From Octopus bimaculoides (lineage: Eukaryota): DNA of 46,966 bases. A model generated the notes under the pieces. That model was given only the letters and a program-made list of their open reading frames with translations. It ran no database searches and had not been told where the DNA came from. Below, in pieces: positions 25,601 to 36,462 of the stretch. Within the stretch, counting starts at the first letter, position 1. Every line of letters begins with the position of its first letter. The DNA lies in the NCBI RefSeq assembly GCF_001194135.2, contig NC_068983.1, positions 130,363,608-130,410,573 on the forward strand. Reading direction: 5' to 3'. Made by a program: the position numbers and the translations under genes.

Positions 25601-27060
25601 CATTATAAAATCAAAGGACAAGAATGAAATGCAAAGAGATCACTTCAAACAGATTGAAGAGAGACCTTTCCATGGTCAATTTTGGGGAGTCATTGAAGAC
25701 GTTTGTAGAAAATTCAGGGTTTAGGTAAAAATTAGGTGGGGGTAATTAAAAAAAGAAACAGATAGCCTGATTGTAACAGCGAAAGATTATGCGATAAAAA
25801 CAAACAACTTTACAAAAAATATATATGGAGAGAATGTGTTAGAAAAATGCAGAATCTGCGGAATTTGGAACTTGACAGTGGCACACATTGTGGAAGAATG
25901 TTCCAAGTTGGCTCTAGAAAAATATAAGAAATGGAGACATGACCAGGTGGTAAAAATTTTACACTTGAAACTGCTGCAAGAAATGGAGATTTGAAGCTGG
26001 AGACACATAGCATAATCATCGGGTCGAAAGAGTACTGGTGCCGCAGAAATGTAAGATTTTGTGGGACTTTCCTATTCAAAAGGACAAGAAGTTAGAAAAC
26101 AACAGCCCGGATATAACATTCATGGATAAGGAAAAGCGAAGTTGCTTAGTAATCGACACACTATTCTCGTTTTTGATTCCAGGATCGTAAAGAATGAGGA
26201 CGGAAAACAAAATAAAAGACAATCCCTTAAAATTTGCAATAGGAAGAATTTGGAGTATGAGAACTGAAAAGGTCGTGCCTATATTAATTGGTACATTGGG
26301 AACAGAAAGCACCTATATGGACAAATGGCTGGAGGAGATTGGAATAGAATGCCCTGTAGAGCGTCTAGAGAATATTTGTCTGATAGAAACAGCAAGGATT
26401 ATCAGGAAGATTCTAAGCACTAGGAACACATCTGAAAATTTGTGGACACAGAAATTTACAGTTAGTAAACCATTACACACATAGATCCTGTCAGGAATAA
26501 GACCGAACCTGATGCAGTATCAGACAATGGCACACATAGTCTCTGATCTTAACCGGTCGAAAATGCAATCATGTACATGTTTTCCCTTGGTATAGAGGCT
26601 TGACGACAGCAAATATTCTGCTCAATACTCCATAACTTAATTACCAGTTGGTCGACCATAAATAGTTGAAGATGTTCCTTTGTGATTGAAGATTTTTGCA
26701 TCTCTGATCACAATCAAGAACAGTGGAGGAGCATCATAGTCATGTATTGAGAGGAGCTGCTTGGGGATTTAAAAATAAAACTCTGGAAACATGAACGTCT
26801 TCTTCATCATCCTTAAACAAACCGTATTCTGGAACCTTTAAGCGGGAAGGGTACAGGGCCTGAAGGAAATTGTAACTGGGACCCACCTGCAAGATCATGT
26901 GCTGATTCTTTTAATATGAGATTACCAGTCGCGCACGTATGGTTGTGATACATGGCGCGGTGTAAGCTTATCAGACGGGTTGAACGATGGGTATATTATT
27001 ACCCCTGTGTATATTTGTACCCTCCTCTCATTCGCTGATCTCCCATTCAACAATAATAGT
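25601..27060 (+). mobile_element. R4/Dong-type (RLE) non-LTR retrotransposon fragment 2, with putative 3' UTR
   Basis: PFHGQFW...ETDSLIVTAKDYAIKTN, CCHC CRICGIWNLTVAHIVEEC, RHDQVV, then ILWDFPIQ...PDITFMDKEKRSCLVID (PD..D endonuclease) and VVPILIGTLG. Multiple stops and frameshifts. A ~530-bp non-coding tail (26508-27035) ends at AATAAT. Confidence 0.85.
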
Positions 27061-27070
27061 TATTATTATT

Positions 27071-27475
27071 TTATTCTTTTATTCGTTTCAGTCATTGTGA
27101 CTGCGGCCATGCTGAAGAACCGCCTTTAGTCGAGCAAATCGACCCCAGGACTTATTCTCTGTAAGCCTAGTACTTATTCTATCGGTCTCTTATGCCGAAT
27201 CGCTACGTTACAGGGACTAAACACACCGGCATCGTTGTCAAGCGATGTTGGGACACACGCATGCATAGCACATATACACACGCATACATACATATATACA
27301 TACATATATATGCGACGGGCTTCTTTCAGTTTCCGTCTACCAATACCACTCACAAGGGTTTGGTAGTCCCGATGCTATAGTAGAAGACACTTGCCCAAGG
27401 TGCTACGCAGTGGGATTGAACCTGGAAACATGTGGTAGGTTAGCAAGCAACTTATCACACAGCCACTCCTGCGCC

Positions 27476-27477
<2 letters not shown>
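27071..27477 (-). mobile_element. tRNA-derived SINE, family A, near full length
   Basis: Minus-strand head ATAGGCGCAGGAGTGGCTGTGTG (A box) and AGGTTCAATCCC (B box), CCTTGGGCAAGTGTCTT, an internal (TACA) microsatellite, and 3' tail GCATGGCCGCAGTCACAATGACTGAAAC. Confidence 0.92.

Positions 27478-27546
<69 letters not shown>
27478..27546. repeat. (TAA)n microsatellite
   Basis: Pure trinucleotide run directly adjoining the SINE 5' end. Confidence 0.98.
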
Positions 27547-27547
<1 letters not shown>

Positions 27548-28542
27548 TTATTTTAATAGTAACATTTCGGTGAATGTAAGATTTTTTTTTTTTTCATATC
27601 TCATAGACTGTTATATAATACATTTAATATACAGAATTATTCACTAACATTATTATAGTTTGTTCACCTCCTCAGATATCATTTTGTGAAGACACGATCA
27701 AACTCTTAAATATCCCGGTGATGCATATTAATGTCACATGAATGGCCATTTCGACAACATGCAAATAAACGGTATACATAAAGCCTACATAAGTTACATC
27801 AAGTAAGATTTAACTCAATTAATCATATTAAAAGATATAAAAGTAAATCAAAATAAAGTCGAAATTAAGTTCGTCGGAAATTATTGCATACATCAAAGCG
27901 TTCACCATTCAACGATATAAAACCGTTTTCATGACATCTTTTGGCGACGCTAAGCAGTTACAACACCCGGGCACTTAAAAGAACGTGTATAGTGTAACCG
28001 TTCCCACTTATACATTTTCAGGCCGCATGCACACATATAGATTTTTGCATCATTTATATAAATAGGTCTTTATCTACTGTCATATAAATGACCATACTGC
28101 CTAGATATCTGTACACGCAATATGCATATGGAACAGCGAAATACAAACACAATTAAGCTTCTCCTTTACTTAATACATCAAGCAAACAGAAATGGTTGTG
28201 ATCGTCATTGTACTCCAGGTAAACATGTCGAATGCTGAAGCTGATGTAAATCAACAGTCAAACGTGTAACACTATGATTGCACTACACAGTTAAGATGAT
28301 ACATGCTTAGAGAATCATAACCAAAATAGATTGAAATAAGGCTTGAATCTGTTTCAGATATCCATTCGAGTGTTTTCAAGGCCGTTACCTATATTTCAGT
28401 CTATCAATCAATCGATGCATAAAATTGAACGATGAACACCCTCAAATTCATATCCGAAATAGTTGTAAGCCTAAGATAAATAAATAATTATTTTTTTTCT
28501 TTTAAAATAAATGTGTGCATAACCCATTCTTTCTACTCATGT

Positions 28543-28546
<4 letters not shown>

Positions 28547-28597
<51 letters not shown>
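28547..28597. repeat. (TA)n microsatellite
   Basis: Direct reading. Confidence 0.97.
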
Positions 28598-28599
<2 letters not shown>

Positions 28600-29178
28600 A
28601 GAGAGTGAGAGAGAGAAATTGATCTGTGTGTCCATATATATGTGTGCTTTTGTGCGTGTAATAGTTGGACTTTGAGTGGCATCGCTAACTCCTAACATGA
28701 AGGCAGACGAAATTTTGCCGATTTTGTCCGGCTTGTTAATGATCCTGCTATATCGGAACATACACAGGTTCAGTAGAAAATTGTAAACATGTTTATATAT
28801 TAATGCTTTCCAACAAATTTATCCTTGTTCGGTGTTTCTTCAAGATGTCAGAGACTGAAACCATTCTCCAGTTTCTATGAAAACATTCCTCTCCCCGTTT
28901 TCTTGCAGCAGAATGTGTTTTGTCAAGCATTAAACTTTATTTGAGTTACTATTAATGATGATAAACCATGTTCGAGATTTCTTTCTAAAAGCAACACAAT
29001 GTTGGTAGTTGAAGGGTGTCCAATTGTTTTCATTCGATGTAGGGTAATGTATACTCAATGTTGATATCAATAGTAAAAATTATAATTCACATGTAACTTC
29101 AATTCATGCATACAATTCTCACTTTAAACTGAACTTATGATATTACTGCGTATAATTGAACAGAATGAAGGTAGTTTT

Positions 29179-30240
29179 ATATTATCTACAATTGACGGAT
29201 ATGTGTCCTCATCTTTTTCGTTGTTAAGACAACGTTTCGGCTGATATACCCTCCAGGCTTCCTCAGGTGTCTTGTGGAATTTCGAATCCGAGTTCCCATT
29301 CCAAAGGTATTTTTCGATGTTATTATTATTATTATTCATATTATTATTATTATTATTCAGGTCACTGCCTGGAATCGAAATCGGAATTTTAGGGATAGAC
29401 CACGCTCTTAACTACTATGACATATGCCCGTGGGCAATTAACGAGTGAATTTTAGGGCTTATAAATCTAATATTCTCCTATCCTTAGTACCGGTTTCCAT
29501 ATACTGTTCATTTCTGCACTCGGTCTGCTTAGGAGGTTGTTGTGTCCTAGCATATGTGCTGCTGCTTTTAGTTTTCGTATTTTCCAGTGGTGTTCTCTGT
29601 CTATTATTTTAACTTCATTCCACATGGGGAGGTGGTTCCATTTTTCCATACATTATCAGCTATACCCGATTTATCAATATTTCCCCGTATCACAGCTTTG
29701 CGAGGTTTTTCTACCCGTATTTTGAGGGGCCGGCATGTTTCACCTTTGTATAACCTACCACAGCTGCATGGGATGGAGTACATGCAGTTCTTAGTCATAT
29801 TCTCTTCTATTGGTGGTTTTACTCGAAACAGATATTTGCGAAGAGTTGTATTACTCTGGAATACTGCCCTGATGTCATATGGACCGCATATCTTTTCTGT
29901 CTTTTCGGAGAGGCCTTTCACTTAAGCTAAACTGACTGTGGACAGTTTATCGGTTTCATCCTCTCTTTTCTTCATAACTGGCGTATGGGAATATGCTTTT
30001 GAGGCAGTTATTGCTTAATAGATTGTTACTGAGCTTGATCATTACTTCGTGCTGGGAATCACGATCGCTACTTATATTCATTGCTCGATGTTTTAGGCAC
30101 TGAGCAATGCTTCTCTTTACACTGTATGAATGGTGGTAGTTGAAGTTGAGATATCGTCCAATGAAGGTCCGCTTGCGGTATACGGATGTTCTAAATCCAT
30201 ACTTGGTGCGGTTCAGGAATGCTAGCTGATTGTCTTTTTT
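29179..30240 (-). mobile_element. Penelope-like retroelement, 3' portion (RT C-terminus, GIY-YIG endonuclease, terminal repeat)
   Basis: RT thumb QLAFLN...TSVYRKRTFIGRYLNFNYHH. GIY-YIG NCMYSIPCSCGRLYKGETCRPLKIR...SGIADNVW...WNEVKIIDREHHWKIRKLK. Frameshifted. The non-coding tail 29179-29466 contains a hammerhead-like motif. Confidence 0.92.
29226..29273 (-). ncRNA. Minimal type-I hammerhead ribozyme-like motif in the Penelope terminal repeat
   Basis: Minus strand AGACAC-CUGAGGA-A-GCCUG..CAGCC-GAAA-CG-UU-GUCUU: core boxes present, palindromic AACGUU helix III, one mismatch each in helix I and helix II, extra A after the CUGANGA box. Confidence 0.6.
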
Positions 30241-30645
30241 TTTTTTTGTACATAATGTAAATAATTTCTCATGAGTTAAATATAGAACTGAAAGTATTTT
30301 TGTTTTCATAAGAAATATATCTGCAATACTATGAATTTCAAATAACTCATCGGTTAATTTGAAAGCTTCTGTATAGAGGAAAATTCCTCTTTTTTAAATT
30401 ATGGGTATGGTTTGATGTGCATTTCTCTTAATGGCACAATTCGTCGTAATTATTTCGGTAGAGGAGNNNNNNNNNNGTATTTTTGTTTTCATAAGAAATA
30501 TATCTGCAATACTATGAATTTCAAATAACTCATCGGTTAATTTGAAAGCTTCTGTATAGAGGAAAATTCCTCTTTTTTAAATTATGGGTATGGTTTGATG
30601 TGCATTTCTCTTAATGGCACAATTCGTCGTAATTATTTCGGTAGA

Positions 30646-31028
30646 GGAGGCGCAATGGCCCAGTGGTTAGGGCAGCGGATTCGCGGACATAGGATCGCGG
30701 TTTCGATTCCCAGACCAGGCGTTGTGAGTGTTCATTGAGCGAAAAACACGTAAAGCTCCACGAGGCTCCGGCAGGGGATGGTAGCGAACCCTGCTGTACT
30801 CTTCCACCACAACTTTCCCTCACTCTTACTTCCTGTTTCTGTTGTGTCTGTAATTCAAAGAGTCAGCCTTGTCACACTGTGTCACGCTGAATATCCCCGA
30901 GAACTACTTTAAGGGTACACGTGTCTGTGGAGTGCTCAGCCACATGCACGTTAATTTCACGAGCAGGCTGTTCCGTTGATCGGATCAACTGGAACCCTCG
31001 ACGTCGTAAGCTACGGAGTGCCAACAAC
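30646..31028 (+). mobile_element. tRNA-derived SINE, family B, full length with 11-bp TSD
   Basis: A box TGGCCCAGTGGTTAG, B box GGTTTCGATTCCC, (CAA) tail. Direct repeat ATTTCGGTAGA at 30635-30645 and 31029-31039. Confidence 0.93.
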
Positions 31029-31576
31029 ATTTCGGTAGAACAAATTTGTGAGAGCTGATAGAATCGTTACAGCATCGGAAAAATTATTTGGGGTAATTCT
31101 TGTGGTTGCTTACATTCTTCCAGATGTTTTCATTTAGATACCGCCGAGAAAAACTCCGCAACTCATTTATAAATACAGTAACATTTTAGTTTTGGAGTCG
31201 ATATAATTCACTAAATTTCTCCCATTAAACTTCACGATTTGTACCTAAATTATAAACCATTATTTTGTAATATTACTTACCTAAAATTCCAGATTAAATA
31301 ATCAGCTTCCATCAATATTTATTTTACCGTCTCTCTTATTTATATTCCGTCTACCTGCCCAAATATTAGACTGGATATCAGATTTGTTTTTGTTTTTTTT
31401 TAAATCTTGCTGTCTTGGCTTAACGTCTTCCAGCAAAAGTTTCTGATATCGAATTCAATTAAGTTACTAAAATCTGCATCATTAGTTTTTTTATGCCTGA
31501 TTCCTAAATTTCAATGATTGGATATTTTAATTTTTAGCTCTTCTTATCTCTCCAAAATATATTATCTTGCACATAA

Positions 31577-31578
<2 letters not shown>

Positions 31579-31612
<34 letters not shown>

Positions 31613-31640
31613 TGTATGTCTGTTTGCGTGTGTGTGTATA
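31579..31640. repeat. (TG)n microsatellite
   Basis: Direct reading. Confidence 0.95.
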
Positions 31641-32144
31641 CCCTTATATATATGTGTTTGTGTCTGAAATGTTAAAATTTATTCTAGTCATTCTTCATTC
31701 ATACTTTGATATCCTGTTACTATTATAGATATTTCCTTTAATTGTCTATAGATTGTCTGTATCGAATCTTCAAAGTTGTAAATAATAGCCTGTTACATAT
31801 TAATTTATGAATATTTTATTTTTCTCAATACACTTACTTGCTAATATATTTCTTTGTAACTACATAACACTTTAAAATATATTTAGCATTTTAAGTATAC
31901 TTATCTGTCCATTATTATGTGTTTATATAATTATTTATATCATAACAATTATGTCACAAATACTTATGTTTCCTGATAGGTCGACTCCCTTTTCATTCTT
32001 TTGGAATGAATAATTCAATCTTAAATTTGGTCTTATAAAAATTTATTCTGGCAATAAGTTACTTCGTTAATTAAACTTTTAAACTCATCTAAATTTCCAA
32101 GCCATGTCTTCTTTATTTTCGTATTGTAATATCAGAGATAAATG

Positions 32145-32358
32145 AAGGTGGTGATTTGACAGAATCGTTAACACACCGGGCAAAAAGTTTTGCGGCATTT
32201 TCTCCGTCTTTACGATCTGCGTTCAAGTCGCGACGAGGTCGAATTGCTTTCCATCAATTTGGTGTACAATATTTGATTACTTGGAGAGCCTTGTCACCGA
32301 TATGACCGATTTACCCTCTTTCCCGAAATTGCTGGCCTTTCTGCCAAAATTTGGAACT
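32145..32358 (+). mobile_element. tRNA-derived SINE, family C, old diverged copy
   Basis: GGTGATTTGACAGAATCGTTAACACACCGGGC...GCGTTCAAGTCGCGACGAGGTCGA aligns with the head of the copy at 32533. Confidence 0.7.
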
Positions 32359-32532
32359 AATATTAGTGATAAATGAATATATATATACCTACTTGTGTCA
32401 AGGCAATTATATTATGCGCTTCTCAGATTTCAGCAGTCTCAAATTTACAGTCGTCTATTAGAGCCTTACAAATTCAAATCGACTTTTTTTCCGTTCTACG
32501 TACACTTTTGCAATATGTCAACCGCAAAAATT

Positions 32533-32744
32533 GGCGAGCTGGCAGAAACGTTAGCACGCCGGGAGAATTGCTTAGCGATATTACGCCTGTCTTTATGTTC
32601 TGAGTTCAAATTCCGCCGAGGTCGACTTTACCTTTCATACTTTCGGAATCGATAAATTAAATACCAGTTGCGTACTGGGATCGATCTTATCTAGTGGCCG
32701 CCTCACCCAAAATGTTGGGCCTTGTCTTTAGAGTAGAAAAGAAT
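32533..32744 (+). mobile_element. tRNA-derived SINE, family C
   Basis: GGCGAGCTGGCAGAAACGTTAGCACGCCGGG head, GAGTTCAAATTCC B box, TACCAGTTGCGTACTGG core, AGAGTAGAAAAGAAT tail. Confidence 0.9.
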
Positions 32745-34014
32745 ATGTCATTCCCTCAGTGTCCAATGTAAGGGTGCTTAGGTTTTCAGCTACGAAAAAG
32801 CTCTCCACTGAATGTAGACATATTGATGCATTATACACACGAGAAACACGATATTCTTTAAGAATAGTTATCACTATTTAAAGTTTTGTTCATGTTTAAA
32901 ATTCCTTCCAATAGCGTGTTAACAAATACCATCCCCAATACCTTTTCGAATAGCAATTAGAATGAATCTAATCTTTTTCACTATATATTAAACGATAATA
33001 TTGATAGAATTCTTCGTGGAAATCAACAACTTCTAACATAAATAAAATTGTTTTGATTGTTTAGTATTTGTTTTTCATTTTAAAACACAACATCCGTAAA
33101 AAGAATTAAGACACAATGAGCAAAGCTCTGCAGGGTATATTCGTCTATCTGATATGGTGGCTAAATTACAATCTACCTCACCCAAAGGTATGAAGAGCAT
33201 ATTAGATTGGTTTGAGATGAATTATATATGAAAAGTTATAACAATCTCGGAAAGAACTAGATTCCCCATTCACAGTACTTCAGCTCGTTCAGTGCAAGGC
33301 TTAGGACAGACCAATATCAACAGCGGTGACGTGACGAAATATGTTCACTTCACATCAATCCGTGTACATCTGAATTGCAAGACCAAGTAACAGGTGATGA
33401 AAAAGTTTAAAATATCAATGAAAACAATTTTAGTGATAGCATATACTCAACGTTATTATCTGTATCAAATGTGATGCTACTTAAACAAATATATTCTGAA
33501 AAGGAACGAAAGAGTGAACATGCTTGTACATAGAACTGCATTTATCTGCAGATGAAATTTTTCGAACACCGAGAACTGATTTATATGTCACTGCCTCTGA
33601 AATAACAAATCGTTAGGGGTTTATGCGTAATTCAGCATTGAGAAATATTTATATATTCGCATGGAATCGTCAATATACTTCGAATTAGCTTTTAGTTCCT
33701 ATATACGCCTTATCCTGTGAGAATTATTCTGACATAAATCTTTCTTGAAACTCATTCTACCATAAATTTACAAACCGTAATCTCACATTAAAAACACAGG
33801 TAAGACTGAAAGATAGTGTCTCCTTCTTCTCTCATTAATAAACAATAATCTGGTGGATCAAATTAAATCCTTAATGTCGGTGGCTTGTAAACACACCGAA
33901 ACATTACTTAAATTACACAGTTTTAAATGTAAATTATCTCTCTTCGAAATCTTTGCAGTAGATTCACTTATACTTGAAATACTGGTTTCTTTGAAATTTT
34001 GGCACAATGTCACT

Positions 34015-34203
34015 AACTTAGTTGGAAGGGGTTGCGCTGATTAGAACGATCCCAATAATGAAAAGTTCAATTTTATCTACCCCCGGAAGAATTAAAGGCA
34101 AAATCGAACTCTGAGAAATGTGAACGCAGGGCGTAAAGGTGGACGAAATGCCGCTACAATTTTTTCCCAGCGCGTTAACTATTCTGCCAGTCCTCCGCCA
34201 TTT
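34015..34203 (-). mobile_element. tRNA-derived SINE, family C, diverged, inverted relative to the 32533 copy
   Basis: Reverse complement GGCGGAGGACTGGCAGAATAGTTAACGCGCTGGG...GCGTTCACATTT...TCGATTTTGCCTTT aligns with family C. Confidence 0.75.
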
Positions 34204-35544
34204 ACGTATACATGTAATATTAAAAAGCAGATGAAGTCATGTGCCACAATAAATTTGGAAGCCAATATTTTTCCCACAGTAAACATGAGATACGATTATA
34301 ATCTGTTGTTTTTCACCTTGAAGTGACCGTAAAACATACATCTATATGCAAGTTGTTAAACTAAAATAACTATTTCCTAAATTTTACGCCTTTTATAGCT
34401 TTTCAATATAACTCTTTAGAGGAAAAATTTAAATCATATCCAAAGGAGGATATTTACGATTTAGATAAACATGTCACGGGCTCAAAGCAATCAATCAGTT
34501 TGGCGATTTCTTCCTGGAATGTAACTACAATTTTGGTTTAATCACCTATAATATTTACTTGACATTTGTCAAGACCGCAGTACGATAGGTATAAAATTTA
34601 TGCCGCACATGTTTTTGACTGCCTATACACGATAGCGTGACTTCCCTTACGCCTATAAAGTTTGGCAGTTGTTGATAACAGTCCCATATTTGGTTTTTTA
34701 GTTGCATTTTTTTAACAACCTACATATATTAGAGACAGTTTTGAACAACTCAACCCCATATCATTTGTAAATGCCTGTCGCTGGCCATGATTATATGCGA
34801 TTCACGAACTTAGAAAGAGAGTCTATATTTCATCTCTCTTCAAGGGGTAAAACATCCTGTCTCTGCTGCTGGAATCTAAAGACAATTCTTTGTAAAGGAA
34901 TATTGAATCGTTTAAATATCGGATATATACCTCAGGGAAGATTCCAATTTGAGATATATTATTTTCTACGTAGATTTAATTCAGATTTCTATAGGAAATA
35001 ATAGAATATTAGACTACCAGATTCGGTAAATAATTAGGTACAACCAATTTTGTTTTGATTAACTATATTAGCAAGTTTATTTAGATAATTATAGTGTTAT
35101 TTTCACTTATTTATTCGGTATTATTTGCTACCTATTGAGCGTAACATTTCGATATACTTATTTTTTTACGTATATAAGGTTACCAGTTGTACGCAATGAG
35201 AATTTTTAAATATCACTCAGTTTTCGTATCAAAAACTGGCTCATCACTATGAACACATTTTTAAACATAAATTTAGTCCCTATTTTATGATATTATAACC
35301 GACATCTTTGCAATTATGTTCTAATACAGAGCATAATTATTTAATCAGTCAAATACTAGAGTAACATCTATTTAGTGTATAATCGTGACAGGTAATAGCA
35401 AACGTGTGTTGAATAAATAATATGTGGTTGCCTGGTTAACAGGGCTACAGATAAGTCCTACGCTTATAAGTGAAGTGTTTAATTAAACCTACAAAAAATC
35501 ACTAAAATCTCAGGATTTCATCAATGAGTGTATGCACCATATAT

Positions 35545-35615
35545 CTATATGTGTGTATATGTGTGTGTGTTTGTGTGTCTGTGTGTGTTTATATGTATAC
35601 ACGTGTGTACGTTTT

Positions 35616-35665
<50 letters not shown>
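35545..35665. repeat. (TG)n/(TA)n compound microsatellite
   Basis: Direct reading. Ends at a gap. Confidence 0.95.
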
Positions 35666-36394
35666 NNNNNNNNNNNNNNNNNNNNNNNNNNNNNNNNNNN
35701 NNNNNNNNNNNNNNNNNNNNNNNNNNNNNNNNNNNNNNNNNNNNNNNNNNNNNNNNNNNNNNNNNNNNNNNNNNNNNNNNNNNNNNNNNNNNNNNNNNNN
35801 NNNNNNNNNNNNNNNNNNNNNNNNNNNNNNNNNNNNNNNNNNNNNNNNNNNNNNNNNNNNNNNNNNNNNNNNNNNNNNNNNNNNNNNNNNNNNNNNNNNN
35901 NNNNNNNNNNNNNNNNNNNNNNNNNNNNNNNNNNNNNNNNNNNNNNNNNNNNNNNNNNNNNNNNNNNNNNNNNNNNNNNNNNNNNNNNNNNNNNNNNNNN
36001 NNNNNNNNNNNNNNNNNNNNNNNNNNNNNNNNNNNNNNNNNNNNNNNNNNNNNNNNNNNNNNNNNNNNNNNNNNNNNNNNNNNNNNNNNNNNNNNCTAAC
36101 GGTTACGAACCTCATTCAGGGATAGCACAATCCTATGAAAGTACTGGTTAAATACCTATACAAAAGGTATTGAACATTATATTTAATACTCAACTACAAG
36201 TAAACTATATAAACCGTGGTTTCAATATATTATATTAATAGGATGAGAGATGTAATTAATAAATTATTATTTATTAATTAGAAAATTAAGAAACATCACT
36301 TGCATCTGTTTCAGTTCAGGCTCTCAGAAAATTAATCAATTAAATTTAAAATTTAAAATTACTTCAGAAGTAAGATAAAGGCATACAAAGTAGC

Positions 36395-36462
36395 TGTTCA
36401 ATTTCTTCATGTTGAGTAAGCAACGGTATGCAGCCGTTTACTCAACATGAAGAAATTGAACA
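36395..36462. other. Near-perfect 68-nt hairpin (24-bp perfect stem, 3-nt bulge, 5 bp, 7-nt loop)
   Basis: TGTTCAATTTCTTCATGTTGAGTA-AGC-AACGG-TATGCAG-CCGTT-TACTCAACATGAAGAAATTGAACA. Confidence 0.9.

Noticed and set aside
28697-28786. 29-aa smORF MKADEILPILSGLLMILLYRNIHRFSRKL with a hydrophobic core
   Set aside because: Too short to distinguish from chance in T-rich DNA, the possible donor (GTTCAG) is weak, and I recognise no family.
30294-30649. Exact 173-bp direct duplication (30294-30466 and 30477-30649)
   Set aside because: The copies are identical and separated only by a 10-N gap, typical of an unmerged contig overlap.
30646-30720. tRNA-like sequence (also the heads at 27400-27477, 29365-29432 and 32533-32610)
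   Set aside because: A and B boxes are present but there is no complete cloverleaf, and each continues into a SINE body. These are not tRNA genes.
31276-31290. TTTTAG|GTAAGT on the minus strand (similar at 10033-10041), suggesting recursive splice sites
   Set aside because: The polypyrimidine tracts are weak or absent, and AG|GTAAGT is simply the donor consensus, expected by chance in 47 kb of AT-rich DNA.
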